Counted from the stretch's first letter, positions 37,249-50,004 are shown. The stretch is DNA of 64,000 nucleotides from Leptogorgia sarmentosa (GCA_964658305.1 OZ210885.1:23808001-23872000); one strand, 5' to 3'. Made by a program: numbers and translations. Notes: generated from the letters alone by a model not told the origin.

Positions 37249-39759
37249 AAATGGAGATAAATTCTTGTTCAAAGTCAAGGACACGTTTACCAAAGAATCA
37301 CCAGAAAGTACACCATCAAGCTCGTCACAGTCGATGAAGCTGACCAAACGTCGAATTCTCAGTCAGATCTCGGGCATTTTTGACCCAATCTGAGTTGCTG
37401 CAGCAGTTCTCGTCAAGTCAAAGATCGCCATGCAAGTGTTATGGTGTCATTATATACCGCCAGACGAAGAACGAAAGTGGCTAAAGCTGTTCCAAGAGAT
37501 GCTCGTTCTCAACCAAGTAAAGTACTCAAGATGCCTTACACCACCTGGAGCCATCGGGAAGCCCACGTTGATAGTTTCCTGTGATGCATCACAGCTAGCA
37601 TTCGGAGCATGCGCATACGTTAGATGGAAATTGAGCAAGGGCAATTTCGGTGTCAGATTTGTCGCCGCGAGATAACGAGTTGCTCCTTCTAACAATTCCC
37701 CGACTGGAGCCACAAGACGCAGTCGTGGCCAGTCGTCTCGGTTAGACTATCATCACTGAATCCCGCCTATTGTTCGAGTCAATAATCTACTTTTCTGACA
37801 GCTGTGTTGTGCTCGCCTAGATCAAGGGCCAACTTCGAAGCTACAAGCCATTTGTGGCCAGCCGAATCAGTGAAATCCAAGACAAATCCCAACCCGATGA
37901 ATGGCTCCATTGTCCAACCCTCCTGAATGTTGCTGATGATGTTACAAAAGGAATCATGTGCGAAGAAATTAACGGAAGATGGTTAAACAGCCCCGAGTTT
38001 TTAAAGCAACTCATCGATCAATGGCCAACTGAGCAAGATGTACCGGATAAGAACGAGGTAGACAAAGAACGGCGAAAGATACGGATCACCTGTGCCACAA
38101 CAGTTCCAGAACCAGTCATCAAGTGCAAAGATTTTTCCAAATGGAGACGATTGTTGAGAGTTACTGCATATGTTATAAGGTTTGGTCGAAACACACAAAT
38201 AAAGAGAAAACACGAAAGCGACGAAGAAGTGACCCTTGGGCCTCTGACACCAGAAGAAATTGAACGAGCGGAGAACTACTGGTTGAAAAAAGCACAGGCC
38301 GACCTTGTGAAGAAAATGAAAGACGGAGAATTGAAATCGTTGACACCATTCCTTGATAACAAAGGAATCATTCGCGTAGGAATCATTCACCCTCTCTAGT
38401 GTCATATAACGAAGCACATCCGGCACTCCTTCTGTATAAACATTGGATATCAACACTGGTAATGCGAGAAGCTCATCAGTCTGGCCACTCCGGTGTAGCG
38501 ACTACAACAGCGAAAGTTCGAAGAAGATATTGGGTCATCAAAGGGCGTAACCTCGCCAAAACTGTTAAGGAACACTGCACCTTTTGTAAAGAGATGGAAA
38601 GAAAACTCCAAGAGCAGTTCATGGCCGATTTACCTCCTCAGCGAATGCAACCCTATACCCCTCCTTTCCTATACACATCCTGCGATTACTTTAGTCCGAT
38701 GATGGTGAAAATAAGTCAAAGCAAGACCGCGAAACACTATGGGGTCATTTTCACGTGTCTAAACACCCGCGCCGTTCACTGTGAATTAGCAACTGATGCC
38801 AGTTCCATGGAATTCCTGCAAGTACTCCGAAGATTCTTTTCTTACCGTGGCTATCCAAAATTAATGTTATCCGACAACAGTCTGCAAATGGTTGGGGCGG
38901 AACGCGAACTACGTCTTATGATAGAAGGCTGGGAAAAGGACAAGCTGAAAGAATTCTGCGCGGAATGTGGTATAAAGTGGCAGTTCACCACCCCTCTGGC
39001 CCCTCATCACAACGGTGCCGCAGAATCGATGGTCAAGTCTGTCAAGAAGGCACTGAAGTGTGCGATTAGGGAGACGAAGTTAACGCCATTCGAGTTGTAC
39101 ATGTGTCTCTTGGAAGCGGCAAATTTAGTTAATCAGCGTCCGATAGGCCGGATACCGCACGATCCAGAGGATGGCACATATTTATGTCCCAACGACATTC
39201 TTATGGGACGAGCAACTAATGATGTACCACAAGGTCCATTCCGCTCAACAAAGAACCGCGACAGAGAGTCGAATTCTGTCAGAGATTGGTTGATGTGTTT
39301 TGGAAAAAATGGTCGCGTGACGTGTTTCCACAGCTTGTACCGAGAAAGAAATTGGCGACAGAAACGAGAAACGTACAAGTAGACGATGTTGTAATTGTCG
39401 CAGAGCCGAACGCAATCCGCGGAAAATGGAACATAGCCAAAGTGCAGGAAGTATTGCCAGGAGAGGACAGCAAAGTACGCAGCGTGAAAGTGAAAACAGC
39501 CAATGGAGTCTATACAAGGCCTATTACAAAGATCTGTGTGGTATATCCAGCTGAAGGATACAAAAAGAAGAATGGGGAAACCCCATTGCGGGGTTGAATG
39601 TTTCGTTGAGTATCGGAACACGTCGGAAAACCATGCACACAAAGAAGCACGCCATTTTTTGTAAGACCGAAGACAAATATATTTTATATGATTTATATGT
39701 TGATATTAATAATGCATTAGCCGCAGTATAATCTTGGACAAGTGTAAGTGACACTTATT

Positions 39760-41342
39760 ATCGAACACTAGACATTTTATTTTAATTTTATTTATTTACA
39801 AGCTTCGTCAAACCTGACCGGTGATCCCTACAGAGCGCATTGCTCCATTAACAGGGTACCTAAATTTTTATACAACAATATTTAAAAGATAGTAGTTGTT
39901 TCGCTGTTCTCAGAACGATAACCGGAGCGATGAAGGACAAGTGAAATTTCCTAATAATAGCCTATTTATAAACTTTTCTTAATTCTGACAACGAAAGCCT
40001 GGAGTCGGTTGTATCAACCGATCCCAGATGGGTAAATTTAGGAAATATTCTGAATTCAGCGAATCAATCAGTCTATCTACTTACAACACATTTTATCTGC
40101 AAGACTAGACAATGGACGACATGAATGACATTTAACACATATAGTTTTAAACGTTTGTGGAACATCAATGTCGTATACTAGTTCGGTCATCTTATGGTAA
40201 TAGTTCAATAAGTATGATTTAAATTGACGAATGTTAAACATCCGATCCACGGATATGCGACGGTAGACAGTTGAACACTCTAGGAGTTCTGTTATAATAG
40301 CTGTTCTGGAAAGTTAAAGTGTTTACTCTTGGTATATTTACACTGATACCTTTATTTATCTCACTCCTAGTGACACGACTACTTGATTTAAATGCGATGT
40401 TTTGGTCGTTCGTCAACATTGCTTTAAAGAAATATATTAAGTCCAAGTATTCATGCCAGTAACTTAATGGGAGCAATCCTGTTCTCAGCAGCCGGTCTTT
40501 GTAGCGGGTTTCGGATCGATATCGCAGCGACAAGATGACTCTTGTTGCTCGTTTTTGATCCTTTTCCATTTCAAGGATTAGTGAAACAGACTGTGGTGAC
40601 CAGACTTGACAGCTGTAGGCAAATTGACTTCGTACCAAGGTCTTGTACAGCGTACAACGGATACGAGGATAGGTCATGTTGAGGGTAGATCTTCTTACAA
40701 ACCCTAGCGTTCTGTTGGCTTTAGCACATACCGCTGATACCTGGTGGTTCCATTTGAGATCTGGGGTGATGAAAACTCCGAGGTCTTTTTGCACAGTTCG
40801 CTTGTTGATGGTTGAGGTGTTGGTGGGGTCATGACTGGCCAGGTGGTAGTTTGACGGAATTTGCTTTCGGTTTCTTGTCACACTGAGAAGACCACATTTT
40901 GATTTGTTGAGGTCCATACGCCACATCTGACACCACTCATTGATTCCATCGAGATCACATTGAAGATGCTGAACGTCCTCTGTTGTTCGTATCGCACGAT
41001 AACACTTGGTATCATCGGCAAAAAGGGCTACGGACGACGATGTGGTGTTTTTGGGTAGATCATTGACGTAAACAAGGAATAATAATGGACCAAGGATTGA
41101 ACCTTGAGGAACACCTGACAGCACTGGTATTCGTCGCGATGTCTTACCCAGGACTGTTACTTGTTGATGGCGATCAGTGAGATAGTTTTCAAACCAGGCA
41201 AGCAAGTTACCACCAACACCGACAGTACGTAATTTTTTTAATAGCAGCTGATGATCCACTCTGTCGAAGGCTTTAGCAAAGTCCAAGTAAAGAATGTCAG
41301 TTTGAACTCTTTTATCGAGCGACTCCCCAATCTCATGAAGAT
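39760..41342 (-). mobile_element. 5'-truncated LINE (CR1 group) inserted in the BEL 3' LTR
   Basis: ORF 40234-41286: DFAKAFDRVDH, SGVPQGSILGP, LFADD, KDLGV, VWSP; A-rich tail at ~39775-39797; LTR sequence resumes on both sides. Confidence 0.93.
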
Positions 41343-41777
41343 TATATACATATTGAGTAAATAATTAATTGGGTTATTTAGTTCGATTAAAATACAATAA
41401 ATCCTGAAACCAAGTTTGTACTGTTAAATTTCTACGTATTCGTTGCTACAGTACTAATAATTTTAAAATGTTTAATATTTGCCAAGGCTTACCTGTGAGC
41501 AATGAAACTCTGAATGAAGTAGCTGAAATTTCTGGAGTTATGGCATTTGGTGAAGATTACCTACCACGACATGTGCGAGCTGAATGCGAAAGAGTCATTC
41601 CGTTTGTGGATGATGTTAAACCAGCTGATGCAGCAGACACATTTCTCTTTCTTAAGGCCCATTACCAGCACATAAGTAACTAGCTGAAATATCAGATTTG
41701 TGATATACTTTAGATATGGATGTTGATTTTTTTATTTTTAAAAATTTTTTTGAACTAAATTAAAACATAGCAATAGC

Positions 41778-41960
41778 TTGTTCCAGTAAAGATCTGTACT
41801 CCCCCAATGGAGGAAATTTCTGCCATCTGGATTGGGAAGGGAAAAACTTTTTTCTTTGATAATACCTAATGTATTAGGATATCCAAAAAGGGTAGGAGGT
41901 AAATTTCCTATCAACTCTGTGGGGGGTGGTGCAGATCTTTATCTTCTGGAATGACCCAAT
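41778..41960. mobile_element. Degraded short MITE
   Basis: Imperfect inverted ends (TTCCAG..AAGATCTGTAC..CCCCC / GGGGG..GCAGATCTT..CTGGAA); TSD not resolvable. Confidence 0.45.
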
Positions 41961-42124
41961 GTAACACCATGCAAAAGCAACACAAACTACTGTATCAGTA
42001 ATACAGTCCTTACATGAATGTTCTAAAAACACTGTCTGTAGTCAAACTTCAAAAGAAATGTCAAAAAAATTTCTAGATAAAATCCTTTTATGTTTTAATG
42101 AAGCACTATATATTCTTTGTTCTC

Positions 42125-42960
42125 TTACAGGCCCATCATTGCACACAGTATTTATTGCATTTGTGTGCAGCAAGAAAGGCATTAGGGCCATTTATACGAG
42201 GAAGAATAAGCCGCGGCTTAAATAGGCCGCGGCTAAAATAAGTCGCGAACGTTCGTATAAATGCACAATTTCTTCGCGACAAAACTAAGCCGCGGCTAAT
42301 TTTAGCCCAGGGTTCCTGGCTCGTCTTAAATTAGCCGCGGCTTATTTTAGTCGCGAAGAAATTGTGCGTTTAAACGGTTATGTTCACGACTTATTTTAGC
42401 AGCGGCCTATTTAAGCCGCGGCTTATTCTTCCTCGTATAAATAGCCCTATTGATCCCAACAGAGGAACAATTGCCACAGCAGAAATACACCTCGTCATCA
42501 TTTTCATCCTGCACCTTGTCAGTTGCAATCTCTGGGTCAAACAGTTGATATCCAGTATTCCAGTTCCTTGGATGTCCAACAACATGAACTTTCTGTTAGA
42601 AAATTCATGACTATGATGTACTAAACATTCAGCTTTCTGTAGTATTTGTTTGAGACCATCATCAGCATCCTCTCCAAATGGGATAATAATACCATTGTTG
42701 TTGATTATCTTGGCAAACGATCCTGGGACAAACTCCTCAATTGTCGCTGGTCGATCATTAATTTTTGTGTTATAGCACTGATTATACTTAAAACACTCTC
42801 CAAAATCAGCAGGCACTTTTGAGTTGAATTTTCCTGTTATATGAGTAGCGACTGCATGCATTTGAACTTGTTTCCTACAGTGATCCTCCACTGTTGAATC
42901 CAATGTCTCTGTTATTGATGCAACAGCCTTTGCATTATAGTACTTTCCAGCTGTCTGATA
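42125..42960 (-). pseudogene. Alpha-kinase (eEF2K/TRPM6-7/MHCK family) catalytic domain, truncated and MITE-interrupted
   Basis: RKQVQMHAVA, TIEEFVPGSFAKIINNNG, KAECLVHHSH, MLLDIQG, LFDPEIAT, FCCGNCSSVGI[MITE]NAFLAAHKCNKYC (Zn-binding C-terminus); small duplication frameshift after DIQG. Confidence 0.9.
42184..42448. mobile_element. PIF/Harbinger-like palindromic MITE
   Basis: AGGGCCATTTATACGAGG...CCTCGTATAAATAGCCCT with an ATT duplication on both sides; internal AAGCCGCGGCTT palindromes. Excision restores the kinase GIxxF spacing. Confidence 0.88.
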
Positions 42961-43812
42961 CATTTTCTTAATTCAAAAGTTTGTCTAATTTGGCTAATGT
43001 TCCAGGTTTTAGATAACTTTTTTAGATATCTACTGCGCATGCACCAGTAACACTATGCTACCGTCTGTGTAAGTTAAGCAACACCAATACACAGACGGCG
43101 ACGAAGTTAGCCGATTGTTACACATGGAACCATTGCCATCGCCTATTCGTTTTTAAGCATTTTAGCCGGGAGATGTTATAAAATGTGCACCCTAAACATC
43201 CTAATGTGCATCCAAGCAATGTCTTCATAGAGTTTTTGAGAATGCAATTAATGGTGATTGGACTGTGCCCGAGGCGTTTTTGCATTTATTTATTACTTAT
43301 AATTATTACAAAAATGTCCTGGTAAAATTTTAATTGTCTGTGCTGAAAGGCCGACAACAAGCGTGTTGTTTTCATGTATTTTTTTCTTGCAACGATCGTT
43401 GATGAACAATACAGCGAATATATTTTAAATATTTCTTTGTTCCGTGACCTTGAACACTTTTTAAATAAAATTTCAGAACATTTACTCTACCCAAAGCTAG
43501 CGAACAAAATTGCAGTCGTTCTGTTTACCAGCTATGCTTTTCGACAAGTTCTATTTTCGCACATGCACAATGAAAGTAAACATTGCACACATGGCGGTCT
43601 ACGAATGGCAGTGTGACAAGACGAGACGGGTCGATCTGCAAAGCACCATACAAACCAAGCACAAGAGTATTTGCAATTACAAAGTGAGTGAACTTTTCGG
43701 TTGACAACGCTGCCGCTGGAGGTCTGGCACTGGACAAAAGGAAATCCATCATGGCTTCCACGCTGCCAGGTTTCAAACAAGCTTTGCAAAAAAGAAGCTG
43801 GATGACCATGAG

Positions 43813-44417
43813 ATGCCACCGTTCGACTTTCGATGTATTGAAGAGAAAAAAGTCATAGGACGTGGCTCCTACGGTATTGTTTATAAAGCTCAATATATCA
43901 GCGAAGATGTCATCGTCAAGAAAATACTCAGTGAATCAATCGATGAAGAGGACAGTTTTATCAAAGAAGCAAGATTAATTAGGTCTCTAAAACATCGAAA
44001 CATTGTATCTTTCAAAGCATTCTGCACTAGCCCACTTGCAATAATGCTGGAGTATGTCTATTTTGACTTTGCTCCCTTCGAAATTACCAAGAAAGTTAGT
44101 AACTTGGTTGACTTTTTGAATTTTTCGGATAAAATACATGCATTTGAATAATTCGATTCCAAGATGTTAACTACAATATGGCACGACGTGGCCAAAGGTT
44201 TGGAATACTTGCATATGAATGACACTGCTCATCGTGACTTGAAAGCGAAAAACATACTGGTGAGTAACCAACATTACTCCAGTGTTTGTAACGAGGATGA
44301 ACGACACTCCATCTACCAAAATATTCCAATCGTTTGTAAACTTGCCGATTTTGGGAAGAGCAGATCCACGTCAATACAAACAGCCCAACTTCATTCTACA
44401 ACAAAGCATGTTGACAG
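43813..44417 (+). pseudogene. Protein kinase exon (Ser/Thr or TKL-like, subdomains I-VII)
   Basis: IGRGSYGIVY, VIVKK, FIKEARLI, LKHRNIV, MLEY, GLEYLH, HRDLKAKNILV, KLADFG; in-frame TAA at 44149-44151; GT donor at 44418; later subdomains not found. Confidence 0.9.
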
Positions 44418-45079
44418 GTATGTTGTGTATAGCAGCAAATGACTGCAACCCATTCATTCTGATAGTATATTTTCATGACGTCTCGAGCAATCAAATCTTT
44501 ATGTGTTATACTTAATTAAAAAAATCTTTTATCTATTTATCACGTGATTAATCAAGAATATAGTAGTGTTTATAAAAATAGTTTCTTGTCATAGTTTTTC
44601 ACAGTGTTACAATAGTAAAAGGTCACACCCTCATTAACCCACCCATACTATGATACAAATTATAAAAATAATATTTAAAGTTCTATATCTAGCATACACA
44701 AGTGGGTGTGTTGCCTACTCACCCAACCTCCCAAAATCCTTCAAAACTGAAGTTCATTTCAAACTTTTTCAGTAGCATACCGAAAAGTTCCTTTTGATCA
44801 GTTTGTTTTCAACCTTGCAGACAACATCATTTTATCCTGACTTATATATAGAATTCTTAATAAACATGTTGAATGAATATAATAATATAATAATAATATA
44901 GGCAATAAATCTATTTTTATGAACTTAGGCACATTGAGTGGGCACATTAAGACAGCTCCAGTTGGAAACTTCAGTTTGAAGCTGAAACCCCTCGATTCTC
45001 CTACACCGATTAACATGACCAACAAAAAAATCGAATTTGAAAGGTAAAAATATAAATTGAACTTTTGAGGATGTATAAA

Positions 45080-48000
45080 GAGGTGAATACTTGAAGGTAA
45101 ATGATGTTCATTACTTTGTAAAGGCGCGCGCAGCAGCACCTACATGAACAAGATCCTCTACCAATTGATGTAACAGGAGATAACGATTCCATGGATTCAT
45201 CGGATGAGGGTGTTGTCACTGAATCATCCAATTCATCACTTGAAATAGTGGAGAAAAAAATTGGCCAAAAGGAAGCAAACTTTATAAAGCGGTAGGGAAT
45301 TATACAGTATCATGAGTAAGGAATTCCTTAATGTTGACAGTCATACTTTTCAAAGTATTGGAAATTATCTAGAAAGAATGTTTAAAATATCATTGTTGCC
45401 TTGCAGTTGTATTGAAAAACGTGTAGAAGACGTAGAATAATCTGGTCCCGAGTCTACTTGTTTGCAACCATCAGCCTGTTAACGTGGAACATAATCGCTT
45501 GTTCTTAGTAGATTTAAATGCTTTAAAATCAAAAAGTGATATCAAGTGCGACGATTCTGGTTGCTGGATAAATAACAGCTGCAACAAATTCCAGTTCGTG
45601 AAGTATGAAGATAATTGGACACAGTGCGGCCATGTGGACTCTGATCACGGTAGACAAAAAATAACCCTGAAGCGAACGTACTACCGCTTGAAAAGCGATG
45701 AAAGTGACGACTTTCGATGGCGAATTGATTTGATTGAATGTATGTTATTGATAAATTTTTCAGTTAATTATTCTTACTGATATAATTGACAAAGGCGGGA
45801 TGCATGCATTCTGTTTCTTTAAAGATCCACTGTGATCACCCTAACATTACTACCCAAAGGGGCTGTGCATTGATTGCAAAGCATACCTATACTTTGAAGC
45901 TTTGCATTGCGGATTTGTTTGGTTAACACCATGTGAATTTTAAAACAACTGTATTGAAATCTAAGCTTTCTGCTAACCTCACGCTAACATCAGTTATTCA
46001 AATTACATGATTAAGAGATGGATTTTAAAACGCTATTTATAATATTTAATGTACGCGTGATTAACACGCCATCCTATACCTATATGCTCACATATATCCC
46101 ATATAAATCGTAACTTTGAAAAAAGTGGTCTTGTGTCTTAACACAAAGGTCCAGTATCTTTTCACATTTTTTTTCTTTTTATCTTTTTGTTTATAGTGTG
46201 CACTGGGGAACTTCATAGGTTCTGCTTAGTTCAATACTTGTTTAAAGGCGATACTGAGCATCCTATCATACCACAGCCTCATAAGAACTCCAAACAGGTA
46301 TCACAAACATACGTCCGAACATGGGAAAGCACAAAATTACTGCTAAAGAGTGCTCCGGAAAGAATGACGCCTCGTGATGTAGTATATACGACCGTGACAA
46401 ATGAAATTGGGGGAATTTCAAAATGTTCAAGCTCTGGTCAGTTGCCAAGAGGCCGACAGCAAGTGAAGGATTTTTCACGGTATGCAAAACAACAGAGAAC
46501 GCAAAACACTTCTGAGCAAGTTAAAGACGACGATCCATGGTTTCGGCTACTTGCTGAAGGTAAGAAGCAGGCTTCATCAAGAAAGACTGCCTTCATTCGT
46601 GACCTTTATGCGTATTGGCGACTGATAGACAGATTAATGACCTAAAGCGTTTTTGCTGCCATCCAACTGAACTTAAGCCTTTTACAGTCGATCCTACATT
46701 TAATATTGGTGAGTATGACCAATCACCTACTGATCTGACTCCGATCACCTACCGATCTGACTCCGATCACCTACCAACATCTAATACTGGAAAACAAAAG
46801 AGATGGGAAACACCCGTCGTTGATAGGACCAGTAATGATTCATGAGAAAAAAACCAAAGACACTTACGCTGCATTCAGTGGCACTCTGAGAAACCTAAAG
46901 CCTGAGTTACGAGACATACTTGCTTTCGGCACGGATGACGAAGAAGCATTACACGAAGGGTTTAAGAACAATTTCGAACGCTCTATCAATCTTTTATGCG
47001 AAATACACCTTAAAAAATCTGTTGAGAAGAAGCTGATCGAACTGGGAATAAATTGGAACTATATACGAGAGTGGTTTGATTGTCACAGTCCTGTTCGTCA
47101 AAGAGCGGGTTTAGGTTTTCCGCCAGAAAAGTTTACGACAAATCGTTCTGAACAAACAAATAGGTCAATCCAAGAATTTGTCAGAAAAGAATGCAAGGAA
47201 CAGAAGAAAGTTGACGAGTTCTCCTTCTGCGTGGCTTTAAATAAGTTAGTAAAGATACAAAAGCAAGAAATAGAATTGGCAATAGTTGGAAATGGAGAAT
47301 ACAGGAACAGAGATAAATATCAACAGCTTAGTGTACCCCCGGAAAAGTGGAACAAGATGAATGAGAAGCAAAAAGAGATTGCAGTGGAAAGGATTCATTC
47401 TGTCGCATTTGAAGAAAGTACATCAAACGTGAGTGTGATTACTAAAGCCGTCAATGATGGAGAGAATTCCCTTTGTGCGAAAATGGTTGAAGAAGGTATC
47501 GACTGGATTCCCAGGACTATCCTCGAGCAATTGACTGGAAAAGCCGTTAAGTTATCAAAAACACCAGGAGCTTTGGTTCAACAGTCTGTGGATACTATTG
47601 TCGTTGCATCAAATTCAGACCCAAGAAAGCTGCATATCGTCAATCTATTCGCAAATGGCTGAATTGAATGTAACAGTTGCCCTGGCTTCTCATCTCTATC
47701 GGTATGTGCTCATGTCGTTGCGGCTTGCATCAAGGCGGACAGAACAGACCAGTTTCTATGCTGGCTTGTTTCCTCAAAACGCAATAAACACACCGGTATT
47801 AATTGGTCGAAGGCAATAACTTTTGGTATGCCTGAAGGCAGAGGGAAAAAGGGTGAAAAAGCACCGCGAAAGTCCAAACTATGGACAATTTATCATTTAT
47901 TTATTACAGTGCTGCCCAAGGCAAACCACTAAAAGGTGGTGCTGAAATAAGAATGGCGCCCAATGACCTAGTCATTGTTTCAAAGATGTCAAGAGAATTT

Positions 48001-48145
48001 ACTTATAATGGCACTCCTCAAAGTAAGTTATCAAATGTCTACTTTCATTGTGACATTAGATGTGTTCGGCGAATGCTGCCCAACTTCCAAGCTAGTTGTT
48101 GTACAGTTCCGCCAAGTATCAAGCCTCACCTTCTTCACATTCACT
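45080..48145 (+). pseudogene. Spliced Mutator/MULE-like transposase with SWIM finger, decayed
   Basis: DIKCDDSGCW, PHKNSK..YVRT, LPRGRQQV, FTVDPTFNIG (D), AFGTDDEEAL (D), LLCEIH (CxxH), FTTNRSE (E), SWIM-like ECNSCPG..VCAHVVA at ~47665-47725, C-terminal PNDLVI..NVYFHCDIRCV; frameshifts and deletions. Confidence 0.83.
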
Positions 48146-49223
48146 CAGGGGAGCTTAATAACGCTGCCTATTACTTTTCTCCATTTGGTGATGTGAATGA
48201 AGATAGCAAATCTATAACAAATGGCTCTTTAGGCAAGGATGTTGCATGCACATGGCACCCATGGGACTATCAAGAGAGAATCAATTCTGCCCAAAAGGTT
48301 GCCAATGAAAAAGAAAAATTGAATAAAAGTAAGCTGTCTGATACAAGCAAGCGAAATAAGCTTTTAAAGTTTATTAGAGAGCAGAATTCTAGGCAGGAGT
48401 ATGAGCCCATCCTGGGTAACATAATTGAGCATGGGTTTGCAGAGCCACTTCACAACAGTAACAATGCCTGGGCAAACTTACATTGTATCATGTTAGAAAT
48501 GCTATAGCTAAGTCAAAAATCCCACCTAGTCTTACTAAGATCAATAGTCTGCCTAGTCAGTGCAAATACTGCAGGATACTTTGGTTTTCAGATGGTCGAA
48601 AGAAGTCTTTCAGTTATCGATTCACTGGAAAAGAGACAAAACAGTTTTGTCAAAAATTTGCATTTCTTTTACAAAGCGTTGGAGATGAAAATGACCCTCC
48701 AGAAGTGAAACAGAAAATTTCAGCCATACATTTCTGTTGCATACAGCTTCGAGATGCTACTGCATATTTTTCACGTGAAATTGAGAAATGTAAACAAGCC
48801 TGTCAGTATTTCTTTAACATATATGCTCTCATGTTAAGGACAGTAACACCAACAGTATGGACCATTGGGTATGCTATACCCGCACATTTGGAAGTTCTTT
48901 TTGGCAGATATACATTAGGTTTAAGCATCAATAGTATGCAGGGGAGAGAGGCAAAGCATGTTCGTCTCTCCCAATTTGCAAAACATTCAACAAGGTCTAA
49001 TCGGTGGGCCATGGTTTTACGGCATGGTTTTGTTTCCAATGTCTGGATTCGCAAGCAAGACCCCTCTTATTCTACCTATACAAAGTGCCAGCACAAATAC
49101 ATACCTAAGGAAATAGTATTAGATATATTTTGCTACTGTGGCTTTCCTTTAGAACAAGGTACTGAGTGCTCTCTTTGTAATTCATCAGTTCATAAGGCAA
49201 TTGCTAGGAGTGCTATATGGTGA
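48146..49223 (+). pseudogene. Divergent transposase-like fragment, tentatively RAG1/Transib-related
   Basis: GELNNAAYYFSPF, AEPLHNSNNAW, YRFTGKE, VTPTVWTIGY..H, SINSMQGREAKH, C-terminal CYCG..C..C; fused by deletion to the MULE C-terminus; frameshift at ~48500. Confidence 0.6.
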
Positions 49224-49224
49224 G

Positions 49225-49705
49225 ACGAACAGGCGATGTCCAAAAACTGGATTTTGCGTTCTTTCCTGCGTGATTACCGATTAATTTATGCATAATTGGA
49301 TATTTGCATTAATTACCAATGCAAATTGCAAGCTAAAGCCAAGCCAAAGGTCCGTAATTACACGAAGAAATTGCGGAAATTCCAGTTTTCGGACATCGCA
49401 CGTTCGTCTCAGCGTGCACCAAATTTCTCAAAACTTGAATAGCTTGCATATCATACTCCATATTTTCACGCGATTAAATCAAATTGTGTGAAGAAAACTT
49501 ATTTTTTCTGCGCAAGCCGTTTTTAATGGGCCTTTCAGTAACCACATTTCCCATCCTAAAAAAGTTTGTTTTTTAAATAAACTTAGTGCTAGATATACCA
49601 GAGGGTGCTAAACTACCCATGCTGACCGAAATTTTTTGGAAATTTTAAACACTCGTTAGTTTAGAGAATGTTTTTCATCAGTAAACTTTTTTTTGATACA
49701 CCCTG
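49225..49705. mobile_element. Right half of a mariner-type non-autonomous element
   Basis: Ends TTTTTTTGATACACCCTG|TA, the same terminus as the 17473 and 55751 MITEs; left end missing. Confidence 0.6.
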
Positions 49706-49789
49706 TATAATTGTTTCACACCTATATATAGACTAATACAGTATTTCAATACTATGAATTTCAATATTGCAATAATATATAAAGGCTGA

Positions 49790-49920
49790 GGCCCGTTTCA
49801 TACGTCGAATTTTGGTCACATCGAATGCAATTCAAACAATGGGTAATGAAGTAAGTCATCTCATTATCTATTGTTTTAATTGCATTCGGCACGACCAAAA
49901 TTCGACGTATGAAACGGCCC
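49790..49920. mobile_element. PIF/Harbinger-like MITE (131 bp)
   Basis: GGCCCGTTTCATACGTCGAATTTTGGTC...GACCAAAATTCGACGTATGAAACGGCCC; flanks TGA/TAA (TWA-like). Confidence 0.85.
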
Positions 49921-50004
49921 TAATACAGTATTTGGATACTGTGGAAATATTTTCAACAAAGGGTAGTCCAAAGCTAAGCTGATCCTTGACAGTAAGAAAA
50001 ATAT

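Larger units (their letters stand above)
30018..41450 (+). mobile_element. BEL/Pao LTR retrotransposon carrying nested Gypsy and LINE insertions
   Basis: 5' LTR remnant ~30018-30171 matches the 3' LTR (39599-41450, TGTTT..CTACA, split by a LINE). Gag (CYVC..H..C, CFSCL..H..C), protease DSGA, RT (YISHHA..STPVRIVFNSS, YVDD), RNase H (CDASQLAFG), integrase (SDN, NGAAESMVK, NQRPI). Confidence 0.95.
28640..41683 (+). pseudogene. Spliced integrase-like DDE transposase (IS3EU-like), split by a nested BEL element
   Basis: Exons with GT/AG borders: 28640-28831 (GPNHTHSADGHDKLMG..FPLAVYGLQDAFSG), 29336-29475 (LRLDKGTETG..YGPSTSNK), 29545-~29650 (IERWWQELH), ~29850-30012 (LLAFIYIPVI..WNSHRVR) and 41487-41683 (GLPVSNETLNEVAE..FLFLK..stop). 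The D-D-E triad is visible; frameshifts are present. Confidence 0.8.

Noticed and set aside
42125..44417. Functional host kinase genes (e.g. TRPM6/7, eEF2K, MAP3K)
   Set aside because: Both are truncated with stops, frameshifts or insertions and lack the other domains, so no gene symbol is assigned.
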